This document shows, piece by piece, positions 9,833 through 19,217 of a stretch of 64,000 bases of DNA. Position 1 is the first letter of the stretch, and the number at the start of each line of letters is the position of its first letter. The position numbers were made by a program, and so were the translations under genes. The notes under the pieces were generated by a model that was not told where the DNA came from, made no database searches, and saw only the letters and a list, made by a program, of their open reading frames with translations. Source of the stretch: a virus. The stretch covers positions 16,470 to 80,469 of the IMG/VR virus record IMGVR_UViG_3300025010_000007. One strand, written 5' to 3'.

Positions 9833-10702
9833 TCATCTTAACTTTATTGAGTTAAAAACACCTGTTATTTCATCTTTAACTGCTTGAACATTACCGCCAG
9901 TACCATCAAGGTCGTTCCACATTTCTTTAATTAAATCAACGTGTATTTTTATATACAAATCGTTTATACTAAATACGTTATTGGCATTTTCCGGCAATAC
10001 TAGTCCAACTGGAAACTCTTCAGTAAATATATTTCTGTTTTTATCAATATTAGCCCGGGTTTCATTGGCAAAACTTGCCCATTCAAGTTTATCATAGTTA
10101 TTTCTTTGTTCGTTATATTTTTGGTTAATGGAATTATAAATAGATTTTAAAAAGTCTACATGAATTTGCAACTTCTCACTTTCTACTACTGACTGAGGTT
10201 TTTGTGAGGAGGCTTTTAATTTTATATCCACCTCTCGCGATACCCTCATAATGTTAAAGCCAAACGACTCTTGGACACTATCTCCTTTCAAATACTCCCC
10301 ATCCTTACCAACCAATTTAAGTACAGAGTCTGACTGATTACGAGGAGTAAACAAAACTTCAACAACATAAGGACCTATGAATTCAGGGTGATTAGGTGGT
10401 AGCAACTCAGTTGAAAACTTTCCATTAATAACTTCCACCCCGCTAGTTACTCCTATATATGCTGCCGTTTCTGGACGTCCTGCAACATCAAGGCTAACAG
10501 AAAGTTTTGAACCTACAGGTAAATCTGTTGTACCGGCAATCAAGACTTTATCATTCTGGTAATCTACATCTAAGATTTCGAGTTTTGAAAATTCATTTGT
10601 TCTATCATTGCTTTTATTTCCAACTTCCTCTTTATCACCTTCACACCCCACCAAAACCACCATCAACAAAGCCATCATCACAAAAAGTAAAATTTTCCTC
10701 AC
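9833..10702 (-). CDS. Lipoprotein moron (possible superinfection exclusion)
   Basis: Signal peptide with LVGC lipobox; AT-rich; own RBS and a downstream hairpin. Confidence 0.75.
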   Translation of the reverse strand: MRKILLFVMMALLMVVLVGCEGDKEEVGNKSNDRTNEFSKLEILDVDYQNDKVLIAGTTDLPVGSKLSVSLDVAGRPETAAYIGVTSGVEVINGKFSTELLPPNHPEFIGPYVVEVLFTPRNQSDSVLKLVGKDGEYLKGDSVQESFGFNIMRVSREVDIKLKASSQKPQSVVESEKLQIHVDFLKSIYNSINQKYNEQRNNYDKLEWASFANETRANIDKNRNIFTEEFPVGLVLPENANNVFSINDLYIKIHVDLIKEMWNDLDGTGGNVQAVKDEITGVFNSIKLR

Positions 10703-10821
10703 AATACCCCTCCTTTTCAGTAATTAATACCACACCGGAGAGGTATTTCCTTCTTTTCCTGCTAGACAATCACCAAGCATCTAAGTTATATTATTTACTC
10801 ATAGCAATCACTTCCTCTAAT

Positions 10822-10837
10822 TATTCCACGTGGAATA
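10822..10837. promoter_or_regulatory. parS-like palindrome 1
   Basis: TATTCCACGTGGAATA within a perfect 22-bp palindrome at 10819-10840. Confidence 0.65.
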
Positions 10838-10877
10838 ATTCTGTCACTCTTAATAATATTCGTCGACATTCTTTTAC

Positions 10878-10904
10878 AAAGGAATCACCTCACTGTTGTC
10901 GAAT
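10878..10904 (+). promoter_or_regulatory. SigH-like promoter
   Basis: AAAGGA-N17-GAAT upstream of the small peptide gene. Confidence 0.6.
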
Positions 10905-10946
10905 ATTGCCATGGGGTGTAATTCGAGAGAAAGAGAGGTGATTAAT

Positions 10947-11090
10947 ATTAGCGATAAACCAAAAGATGCTGAGAAACCCAGACTAGTACCAATACTCGAC
11001 CATGCCTTAAATGAATCGTACCTAAAAGAAACTGCAAGATTAACAGAACAAGTGGATAACGATCCACCGCCACCACCCAAGAAGCCTTAA
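10947..11090 (+). CDS. Small Pro-rich peptide (module 1)
   Basis: GAGGTG RBS then ATT (or GTG at 10938); xSDKPKDAEK...ALNES...DPPPPPKKP; stop abuts the convergent gene. Confidence 0.6.
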   Translation: MSDKPKDAEKPRLVPILDHALNESYLKETARLTEQVDNDPPPPPKKP

Positions 11091-11091
11091 T

Positions 11092-11754
11092 TTATTGCCT
11101 GAATTCTTCGGCCCTCCGTTTAGCATCTTCGTATGCTGACGGAGGGAAAAATTCATAAACTGTTTTAGTAACTGTATCTACGTATGTTCTTTCAGGCTTC
11201 TCAAGCCATCCATTCCAAGCTTGAAACTGCTCCGTACAAATTAAAAGCATTCCCTTGTCTTGAGCCCCAGGAGTCCAGCTTGCTTCAAATAAACCTACTA
11301 TCGCACATTCCTTCTTATCAATTTGGTAAACTCGAATAATAGCTTCTTTTTCGCTACCAACAAACTTCTCCCAAGCAGATTCTGACGACAGTACTGGACG
11401 TAGCCCATCCCGTTTTTTGTATGTCCAATTGAGAATAAATCTTCTCCCCTGCTTTTCCCACCATAAAGCTATTAGTAAAGCAACGATAAAAACAGTAAGA
11501 ATATAAAAAATAAAACACGGCATTTTTAAAGTAATAGCTTCAAAATCTATTATAGAAAGTTTTTTATGAAATCTAATTGATGCTGCTCCCCAAGTAAGTA
11601 AGATGCCTGGGATACTGAAAAGCAATCCGATTACTGTTTTCTCAAAATCAGTGGAAGTCTTGCTCTCAGATGGACCAATCATCCGTGCCAAATATGAAGC
11701 GATTATGCCGGGCAGCACCAATAAAATAGTGCCAAGTAAATTAAAATTAGTCAT
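11092..11754 (-). CDS. 3-TM membrane protein with soluble C-terminal domain (DUF6338-like), module 1
   Basis: LLVLPG...FEK...FSIP, three hydrophobic segments, AWE motif; paralogous to 14851-15504. Confidence 0.7.
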   Translation of the reverse strand: MTNFNLLGTILLVLPGIIASYLARMIGPSESKTSTDFEKTVIGLLFSIPGILLTWGAASIRFHKKLSIIDFEAITLKMPCFIFYILTVFIVALLIALWWEKQGRRFILNWTYKKRDGLRPVLSSESAWEKFVGSEKEAIIRVYQIDKKECAIVGLFEASWTPGAQDKGMLLICTEQFQAWNGWLEKPERTYVDTVTKTVYEFFPPSAYEDAKRRAEEFRQ

Positions 11755-11817
11755 TGTTTCACCTCAATACTAGAGTTCGATATAATTTCCATTTTCCCCT
11801 CCAGTATATTCTTAAAT

Positions 11818-11833
11818 TATTTCACGTGGAATA
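11818..11833. promoter_or_regulatory. parS-like palindrome 2
   Basis: TATTTCACGTGGAATA within a near-perfect 28-bp palindrome. Confidence 0.65.
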
Positions 11834-11929
11834 ATTTAAACAACCCCCCTTCCCTTTTCATCGATAAACTCTATCAATAGAAAAACACCCTGGGAATGGG
11901 TGTTTTAATCTAAATTTATGTCACCAGTT

Positions 11930-12358
11930 TCATTTTCTCGAACACTCTATCTTATCTGGCAATGTCTCAAAATCATAATCATCGGGAAAAACATCAATTA
12001 CTTTCCATCCAAGTCTGTTAAGCTCCCCGTCTCTTACCCTAGCCTTTCTACTAGAAAATATGGTTTTTGAGGTCCATATCTCAATGCCTACGGAACAGGT
12101 AGGAATGCCTATATCAAGATAATATAAAGGCTTTTCTTCAAATCCCAATAGCACTGGAAATTCAATTGCTGCAACATAGCTATTTTGTATTATTTTAATA
12201 AATGCAGACATTTTTAAGAAATAGTGTAGATATGTTTCATTTCTATGTTTACCATATCTACTTCTCAATGATTTATACATATCTTTGAGCGGGAACCCTT
12301 CAAAAACACCATTCCTTAAATCTTCATTTAATTTTTCGATATTAATGGTATCTACCAC
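11930..12358 (-). CDS. DUF559/Vsr-like PD-(D/E)xK nuclease-fold protein
   Basis: YYLDIG...GIEI...RDGELNRLGWKVI pattern; the usual E-x-DG is degenerate. Confidence 0.6.
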   Translation of the reverse strand: MVDTINIEKLNEDLRNGVFEGFPLKDMYKSLRSRYGKHRNETYLHYFLKMSAFIKIIQNSYVAAIEFPVLLGFEEKPLYYLDIGIPTCSVGIEIWTSKTIFSSRKARVRDGELNRLGWKVIDVFPDDYDFETLPDKIECSRK

Positions 12359-12454
12359 TTCTTATTCCTCCATGGGTTAAAAGAGTTTTAAGTTAAAATT
12401 CCGTTATCGACCAAATCAATAACGGAATTAATGAGAATAGGTATCTTGACTCCC

Positions 12455-12696
12455 CTACTTAACCCGCCTTAACTGGCCCGGAATATTCCCATTAGACCAG
12501 CTAAATACAACCTCGCCCTTTAGGTCTATCTCTGCCTTTACCCGACCCAGGAGAACCCCTACAATCATAATCTTACCTATTTCTGCACCTGCCAAATCGC
12601 CGCTATCAATATCCTTATCCACCTGCTCAGCGGCTTTGCGTAATACGGCTGTTCAAACTGTTCAATTTGAGCCTGATTAATTTGAGGCAGATTCAT
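12455..12696 (-). pseudogene. Frameshifted ~80-aa hypothetical gene
   Basis: MNLPQINQAQIEQFEQ overlaps the parB stop. It continues as AVLRKAAEQVDKDIDSG...RRVK in another frame after ~12650. Confidence 0.5.
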
Positions 12697-13729
12697 GATA
12701 CACCTCCACATAATTATCATTTACGTTAAGCTCATTTTCGATCTTGTCCAGCCATTGACGGGCTTTTATAATCGCTGACCTACATTCCATTCTTAATTCG
12801 GGCCGACTAATTAACCGAAGTGAACTGTTAATTACAAGTAAAGGGGCGGTTTTTTCAATAAAACCATATATCTGCATTATTACGTCAGTTGCCGCCTGTT
12901 CTTCTTTACGAAGTTCCGCTTCAGGACTTTCCCTTAATACCCTCTGCTCCTCATTCAACTGCTTAATCTTTGCCTGGTACCACTTTTGCTCCTCTTTTAG
13001 TTTGGATAACTGATCCTTAACCTTTTCCGGCACTACCTCCACCGTTACGGTTTTTTCTATGATCTCTGGCTCCTTATTTTGTGCTTCAGTCAACTTTCTT
13101 TCTAAATCCTGCACCCGGTTCTGCTCTGCCTTTGCTTTGGCCTCTGCATCCTTGGCTTTTCTTTCGGCAGCATCAAGTTTAGCCTTTGTTTCAAGGTGAG
13201 CCTTATTAATGCTGATTTTTTCCTCGTTGAGCTGCTGAATGATTTCCGGTTCTGCATGTTCCGCTATGAATTTGGCTTTACGGTATTGTTCACCACTACC
13301 AAACCCGATCTGCTCTGCAACCTCGTCTCTTGAATTGCCTGCTGCCTTACTTCCTGCAAAATTTTGCAGAATGTCATTTCTTGCACCTTGCCTTTGCTTA
13401 GCTCGTTCTTTCTCAATTAGTTCAATCTTATTGGAAAGTTCCATCATTTCTGTAAAGGTAAAATTTTTCCGGTGTGCGTTTTCTGCACGTTCTGCTTTAA
13501 ATTGTTGTAAATAATCCTCAAATTCTACTATTCTAACTTCAATCTGCTTTAGTCCAAGCGACTGACAGGCTCTAATCCTTCTCTCGCCGGCTACCAAAAC
13601 ATATTCTTTAGTGATTACAGGAGGTTGGAGAAGCCCTATTTCCTTAATAGAATCGGCAAGTTCCTGTAAGTCTCCTAGATCTTTTCTTGCTCGGTCAACT
13701 ACTTTAATTTGATTTATATCTACAAGCAA
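12677..13729 (-). CDS. ParB/Spo0J N-terminal domain + HTH + coiled-coil protein
   Basis: LADSIKEIGLLQP, LVAGERRIRA, AENAHRKNFT; probable TTG start at 13729. Confidence 0.85.
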   Translation of the reverse strand: MLVDINQIKVVDRARKDLGDLQELADSIKEIGLLQPPVITKEYVLVAGERRIRACQSLGLKQIEVRIVEFEDYLQQFKAERAENAHRKNFTFTEMMELSNKIELIEKERAKQRQGARNDILQNFAGSKAAGNSRDEVAEQIGFGSGEQYRKAKFIAEHAEPEIIQQLNEEKISINKAHLETKAKLDAAERKAKDAEAKAKAEQNRVQDLERKLTEAQNKEPEIIEKTVTVEVVPEKVKDQLSKLKEEQKWYQAKIKQLNEEQRVLRESPEAELRKEEQAATDVIMQIYGFIEKTAPLLVINSSLRLISRPELRMECRSAIIKARQWLDKIENELNVNDNYVEVYHESASN

Positions 13730-13803
13730 ACTTTCACCCCCACCTTGTCCATCCATCGCCCTAAAGGGTAACCGCCTAAAGGCGGCAATATTAAAAGGAG
13801 GGA

Positions 13804-14160
13804 TTATTTACCCTCCTTTTTTTGTCTCAACATTTTAAGTATGTTCGTTCGTTTCTTGACTTTTCCAAGAACTTTACTTTTCTTAATTAGTGGGTAAGCG
13901 TTTTTCCGAGGACCGCAATAAACAACTTTGACTTCGTATTCGCTTAGTATTTCATATACCGCCCTATACGATTCGTCGTTATAATCTATAACAAACTTAT
14001 AACAGCCGATCAAGTCTCCACTCAAAGCAATGCCCGCCTCTATATCCTCATAGATGGCGGACAGTTCGGCTTTAAATAGTTCCTTTAATTCCGATGGACA
14101 CTTCTTTAAAAATTTTTTAGCCTCACTCACAAATTCTACACTAATCACCGAAAACGTCAT
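13804..14160 (-). CDS. RelE/ParE family toxin
   Basis: AKKFLKK...LSGDLIGCY...YRAVYEI...GPRKNAY. Confidence 0.85.
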   Translation of the reverse strand: MTFSVISVEFVSEAKKFLKKCPSELKELFKAELSAIYEDIEAGIALSGDLIGCYKFVIDYNDESYRAVYEILSEYEVKVVYCGPRKNAYPLIKKSKVLGKVKKRTNILKMLRQKKEGK

Positions 14161-14371
14161 CCCAAGAATACGTCTTTCCCGTCCTTGCTTCCCTACGTCC
14201 TTTTTCTATTTTAGATATTGCTAGCTTGTCCCTTTTAAGTGATGCTGTAGCTGCTATGTCCGGTTTTTTCTTCCCTCTAAACTTCGTTTCTATTGTAGCA
14301 ATAGCAGGTGGCATAGTAACACCCCTCTTCCTTAGTAATCCCTTTACTTTGTATTTTTTTCTGTTACTCAT
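14141..14371 (-). CDS. Cognate antitoxin (start may be internal, MPPAIA)
   Basis: Overlaps the toxin; C-terminus GRREARTGKTYSWDDVF is typical of RelE-associated antitoxins. Confidence 0.75.
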   Translation of the reverse strand: MSNRKKYKVKGLLRKRGVTMPPAIATIETKFRGKKKPDIAATASLKRDKLAISKIEKGRREARTGKTYSWDDVFGD

Positions 14372-14606
14372 AGATTACCACCCTTATCCAAAATATAGAA
14401 GTAATTTATAGTTATTATTTCCATATTATAGGCTAAAATCCTGCTAGGTCAGAAAATATTTTTTGATTTTATGTATCAACTACTTATATTTTTCATATAA
14501 TATATATTTACCTATTTGGGACTTAAACATATATACCATTGCACTGGAGTTCTACAACCCCCCCCCCGGTTATCTTTTAACCGGAATTAACTTTTTCCCT
14601 ACCATT

Positions 14607-14633
14607 AAAGGAAACACCCCCCAGCTGTCGAAT
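14607..14633 (+). promoter_or_regulatory. SigH-like promoter
   Basis: AAAGGA-N17-GAAT. Confidence 0.6.
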
Positions 14634-14675
14634 ACTGCAATTAATGGAGCGGTTTCGAGGAAGGGAGGTGTATTT

Positions 14676-14831
14676 ATGTCAAAAATACCACAAAAGTCAA
14701 TTAGAGGTAGCGCTAATGACAGTGCGACAAAAGCTTCTATAGTTCCAGATAATTTCTCAGTTACTAGACAAAGTATTATTCCCGATAAGGCGCAACAACC
14801 AGATACAAACCAAACTTCTGATAAAAAATAA
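14676..14831 (+). CDS. Small hydrophilic peptide (module 2)
   Basis: GGAGGTG RBS, ATG at 14676, 51 aa MSKIPQK...ANDS...SIVPD...SIIPD...DKK. Confidence 0.7.
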   Translation: MSKIPQKSIRGSANDSATKASIVPDNFSVTRQSIIPDKAQQPDTNQTSDKK

Positions 14832-14850
14832 GATTCAATTAATCATCCTT

Positions 14851-15504
14851 CTAGCCCTCTATTTCTATTGCCTTATTAAATTCATTGGCATTGTATATAA
14901 CTACAGCAACTCCCGATTTTGTATCCACATAAACCCTATCGACCGGGACATTGTATTTAGTTACAATGTCCTCAACTTTTTTAGAATCAGCTAGAAGAAG
15001 GCATCTTTCTTCTGAGATACTTTCTGACATATTTATTGGACTTCCATAAACTTTTGCATCTTTCAATATGACCTTTACTGCCTGTGATTCTTCACCATGA
15101 AAAGCATCTTCCCAAACCAAATTCCCCTCATTAAGCTCTGCTTTATTATTACTTTTTCTAAATTTATTAATTAGTTTAATTGCAAATTCCTTTTTGACAA
15201 AACCATTCCAACATCCACAAACTACATAAGCCATTAATAAACTCGAAAACATATATAATACTAAACCGCTTAACGACTTTATTTCTGTCTGCAATTTCGT
15301 AATATTTGCCGCCTCTAAACTACCCTCTTTTAATGCCAATAAAAACAAATTACCAATTAATACTGGTATTGAAAAAAGAACAGCTATTACCAACTTTTCT
15401 ATATTAGTATATTTGGCAGAGGGGTGTGAGCCGACTCGTTCATTTATCAGTATTGCAATTAGCCCCGGAGCCAACAATAATATGTATGCGAGCAAAGTAT
15501 CCAA
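14851..15504 (-). CDS. 3-TM membrane protein (DUF6338-like), module 2
   Basis: LLLAPG...IEK...FSIP, VWE, and a C-terminal RVYVDTKS matching RTYVDTVT of the paralogue. Confidence 0.7.
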   Translation of the reverse strand: MDTLLAYILLLAPGLIAILINERVGSHPSAKYTNIEKLVIAVLFSIPVLIGNLFLLALKEGSLEAANITKLQTEIKSLSGLVLYMFSSLLMAYVVCGCWNGFVKKEFAIKLINKFRKSNNKAELNEGNLVWEDAFHGEESQAVKVILKDAKVYGSPINMSESISEERCLLLADSKKVEDIVTKYNVPVDRVYVDTKSGVAVVIYNANEFNKAIEIEG

Positions 15505-15573
15505 AACTACACCCCTTATTAAATTATAACAAAATATGTACTTAAAAGCTTCAATTTAAATCTAATCCCCCGG

Positions 15574-16052
15574 CTAAAATCTGACCGGGGGATTCTTTTC
15601 GTTCCAATCATTAACAACCTGCACGCATGCCAAAAGTTCAACCTCTGTCATGTCCATCGCTTCGGCATATGAAATACCTGCTCCGGAAGCCAAGGAAAGT
15701 TCGATCCGCAACTTGAACCATCCTTGATTTGCTAGTTTTTTGCCAGTTCCTCAAGCTTATCCTTTACAGACCTTGGCATGTTTTCTTTTTCAAATTCAGC
15801 CCATTCCTCATAAGTGAATTTATCCATCACCTCAAATATTTCAGCAAGGTTTTGAGGTACATCCACCTTTTCCCCATTAACGGCATCGACACTAATAATG
15901 TTCTGTACGGTCAAGGTTGACATAACGCCACCAATATTATGCCCACCTTCATCCATACTTGACGCTAAAAGTTTGCGCTCAATAAAATGGTGCTGGCCCT
16001 TCTTTTCCCGTAATTCAATTTTCTTACCGGTCGATAAAATAATTTCTAACAT
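15574..16052 (-). CDS. Tail assembly chaperone G (15732-16052) and -1 frameshift product GT (to 15574)
   Basis: A-AAA-AAC slippery heptamer at 15741-15735 before TAG. The -1 frame is open: LANQGWFKLRIELSLASGAGISYAEAMDM...PVRF. Confidence 0.85.
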
Positions 16053-16107
16053 GAACTATACCTCCAGAATTTTAATTTATTTTAACGTGGTTTTTCCACG
16101 CTCTTAC

Positions 16108-16545
16108 CTATGAGATTTTGCTACGCTTAACCGCATGCCAGTTTAATGTATTATTGAAAGGTTTATTATTACCGTCAACCGACTTCTTAAAGCCATCAAA
16201 GGTAACCCCTTCATATTTGTACTTTCGAACGGTGCCGTCCTTATAAGTCTCAGTAGTAAAAATCAAAAACTTAAGCGTACCGCCGTTTTGCTCCTGATAT
16301 TCGTTCTTTTTATCTACAATGTCATCGTAGGCTGTATTTACGCTTTGCCCTTCAATACTCCCCTTCCAGCCGCTTTGGATGACCTGGCGGTGCTCGGTTT
16401 CCTCACCAATGGGATTCTTTTTTTCTTCACTGGTTATTTCTTCAACCGACCATTTTAGGATTTCCGGTGTTTTCTCCAGAACATTACCTAATTCATCGGT
16501 TAGGGCAACTACAAGTTTTTTACCCAGCAATCCATCTTTGGCCAT
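16108..16545 (-). CDS. Tail tube protein
   Basis: 145 aa directly after the sheath; beta-rich, GWKGSIEG. Confidence 0.8.
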   Translation of the reverse strand: MAKDGLLGKKLVVALTDELGNVLEKTPEILKWSVEEITSEEKKNPIGEETEHRQVIQSGWKGSIEGQSVNTAYDDIVDKKNEYQEQNGGTLKFLIFTTETYKDGTVRKYKYEGVTFDGFKKSVDGNNKPFNNTLNWHAVKRSKIS

Positions 16546-16546
16546 A

Positions 16547-18076
16547 TTAATTCACCTCCACATTTGTACCGCCTTGGAAATTAAGTAAAATCCACTCAGC
16601 GGTATTGTAGTGTTTGACCTTAATGTTCTGAACAAACTGATCGATAGCTGCTGCTGCATCATCGAAGGCGATTGAATACGCCTCGATTTTACTTGTTTCT
16701 TGTTCATCAACCGGTGCAACAAGGTTATCAAAAAAAGTTCGGATCCTGCGCTCTGCATTGCCTTTCATAACCTTCGTCATAGCCTTACCCTGCCAGGGAG
16801 CTGCCACAGCCTCTAATGCTTTTTCAATCCAGCTATTTAACCGGCGCTTATTTACTTTGCGGTTTTCATCATCACTGATTAGTTCACCTGCCACATCGGT
16901 CTTAGCAAGAGTGTAATCGTTAGCTATGCGCCAGGCCAAAGAACCATCACCGGCTGCCGAAGGTTTAAGCTGGAAGGCAGCAATCTGATGATTATATAAC
17001 TGGGAATACTGGTCAAAGTCAAGTTCCTGCTCTGCCCCGGATACCCAAGTACATTCTACGGCAAGGCCGGAATCTTCGATGTTTCCGATTACATGGGCAA
17101 TGGCCGACAAGCAAGCACCGGAGGTATATTGGTCTCCCACTGATTTATAACGACCATAGACCATCTGCATAAAGTCAGTGTCATAAGTATCCCGGTAAGT
17201 GACAGCAGCATCCACATTAGCTGCAGAACCGATACCACAATATGTCAAACAGTTGTACTTCTCACCGAAAGCATATAATGCAGCATCAGCCGTGGCCTCG
17301 GAGAAGTCGGCAAGGGCTACATCAGATACAACTGTTCCCACTAACTCCAAAAGTTTAAGACCGGTTCGTTTACCTGTACCAGAGTCGTAGGTACCAATAT
17401 AATCAGCTGCAGTAAGTGCTGCTCCGTTAGAACCACTGGTTAACTGTGTTTGAGCCAGTACAGCTGGACGGGCATCGGTAAAGGATGCAGCATCGGATTG
17501 TAAATCCTCCAAAACAAAATGCTCGCTGCGAGAATTGACATAGGTTACCGCATATCGAGCACTTGCCGGATCCATACTTAAGTTGTCATAGGTTTCAAAG
17601 CCACCGATATCAGACCATAACATCAGTTTAAATGTATTGGCATCGGTTCCATCGGCAGCTTGTACGGTAAAGATGTTGGCATACTCACCCGGACCGGCTT
17701 TTGGTGTCACCTTAAGAGTTGGATCCGGTGTTACTTGTCGGTCATTCAATGTTTTGCTGGCTATGGCGTATCCGGCACACAGAACCCGCACAAAAACAGC
17801 TTTTTTAACCCGTGCCCGGTGTAGATGGTCTAACAGGGCGTTACCCTTTTTGGATGCAGTTGTCAATCCCAGCACCGACGCTACAATCTCAGAAAGACGT
17901 TTGGTCGGCGTTTCGCTGGCGTAAACATACTGGTTAACTGGTCCCCGGTCGAAATCACCCACAAAACCCAACACAAAGTCCTTCAAGTCTACTGCATCCG
18001 ACTGCGGCACAGCTAACTCATTAATATATAAGCCTGGTGGGTACCCGGCTAAAGATGTTACTCCACGTAAAATCAA
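16547..18076 (-). CDS. Contractile tail sheath protein
   Basis: PGLYINE, FVGDFDRGPVN, NKRRL motifs. Confidence 0.9.
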   Translation of the reverse strand: MILRGVTSLAGYPPGLYINELAVPQSDAVDLKDFVLGFVGDFDRGPVNQYVYASETPTKRLSEIVASVLGLTTASKKGNALLDHLHRARVKKAVFVRVLCAGYAIASKTLNDRQVTPDPTLKVTPKAGPGEYANIFTVQAADGTDANTFKLMLWSDIGGFETYDNLSMDPASARYAVTYVNSRSEHFVLEDLQSDAASFTDARPAVLAQTQLTSGSNGAALTAADYIGTYDSGTGKRTGLKLLELVGTVVSDVALADFSEATADAALYAFGEKYNCLTYCGIGSAANVDAAVTYRDTYDTDFMQMVYGRYKSVGDQYTSGACLSAIAHVIGNIEDSGLAVECTWVSGAEQELDFDQYSQLYNHQIAAFQLKPSAAGDGSLAWRIANDYTLAKTDVAGELISDDENRKVNKRRLNSWIEKALEAVAAPWQGKAMTKVMKGNAERRIRTFFDNLVAPVDEQETSKIEAYSIAFDDAAAAIDQFVQNIKVKHYNTAEWILLNFQGGTNVEVN

Positions 18077-18087
18077 TGTTATCCCCC

Positions 18088-18645
18088 CTAAAATTCTTGA
18101 ATCTTAGGCTTAAATTTACTTACATCAATGGCACTTACCAATTCCTCGGTGAATAACTTTCCGCGGCAGGAAAATGTTAAATCGCTTTGATACAGCCCTG
18201 TTTCTCCTCTGGGTGGAAGTGGTGAACCTTTGGTGAAAATTTGTACCGTTTCACCCCATTTATCATCCTGGATGGGGATTTCGTTTTCTGTTTCGATGTA
18301 AACCATAAATTCTGTAGCCAGGCGCAGTGCAGTTCCCTGTCGCTCGGCAAAAAAAGAAACCTGGATAAGGTAGTCAAACCGCAGGATTTCAGTTCCAACC
18401 GTGTAAGTACCGTCCCCGTTATCAATTAGTCCATGTGGCTCATACTCACGCATTAGAGCCTTTTCAGAAGTACCACTGACATATGAGATATTGGCCCCTG
18501 GAAGCACCGGTTTGTTATTATCCTTGGGATCTAGGGTAAATTCCGTTGGGTCGGGTTGCTCATCCCTTACTATAAACTCAGCCCCGTGAACTACTCGGAC
18601 TGCAGTTTTGATTGCCTTGTACATTTCAACTAACGGGTCTCTCAT
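18088..18645 (-). CDS. Tail terminator/neck protein
   Basis: Synteny upstream of the sheath. Confidence 0.6.
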   Translation of the reverse strand: MRDPLVEMYKAIKTAVRVVHGAEFIVRDEQPDPTEFTLDPKDNNKPVLPGANISYVSGTSEKALMREYEPHGLIDNGDGTYTVGTEILRFDYLIQVSFFAERQGTALRLATEFMVYIETENEIPIQDDKWGETVQIFTKGSPLPPRGETGLYQSDLTFSCRGKLFTEELVSAIDVSKFKPKIQEF

Positions 18646-19217
18646 CTTCCAAACCGCCTTAATTCATGCATTAGTTCCTTAGCCACGTCTTCTTTAATCT
18701 CTTCTTTGGACTCATGTAGAGCTGGCCTTAAATAGGGTCTCGGGGGTATTTTCTTCGGCGCATAACCAAACTCTTGGGCCGCAGCATAATCTCCTGGGCT
18801 TCCTTTGCCCTGAGTACCACTACCGGCAGCAACTCCCACATACATTACACCCTTGCTATCCAGTTGACTGTCATCTGTGGTTATTGCTTGTTTTAAATGC
18901 CCGGCAATACCTACTAACGGAGCATCATCATTCCCGCCAGCACCCCACGAACCGTGTTTTACGATGTACTTTTTCCCTGCCCCAGTTAGCTTTCCTTTAT
19001 TTTTGCCTGATTGAGACATGTGTTTCCGCTTAACCGTTTCAGGTTTTAGCTTAGGCCAGGCGGGATACCCACCGGATGCCGGTTGATAGGTGCCAAGCTT
19101 TTTCTTGGCCTTACCCATCACCCGTGCCGCACCTTTTTTGAGCCCTTTCTTTGTAGCTCGGTCAACACCACCGGGGATGCTGCTTAGTGCCTTATATAAA
19201 TCGCTAAAATCGGCCAA
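18642..19217 (-). CDS. HK97 gp10-like tail completion protein
   Basis: YAAAQEFG...IPPRPYLRPAL. Confidence 0.85.
   Translation of the reverse strand: MADFSDLYKALSSIPGGVDRATKKGLKKGAARVMGKAKKKLGTYQPASGGYPAWPKLKPETVKRKHMSQSGKNKGKLTGAGKKYIVKHGSWGAGGNDDAPLVGIAGHLKQAITTDDSQLDSKGVMYVGVAAGSGTQGKGSPGDYAAAQEFGYAPKKIPPRPYLRPALHESKEEIKEDVAKELMHELRRFGR

Noticed and set aside
10760-10815. Mini-ORF MSK* with RBS and an MLGDCL fragment resembling an adenine-methylase start
   Set aside because: Too short and interrupted to distinguish from chance.
10819-11839. Palindromes flanking module 1 as an invertible switch
   Set aside because: No invertase nearby; the same motif occurs singly elsewhere, and module 2 has the same orientation without flanking sites.
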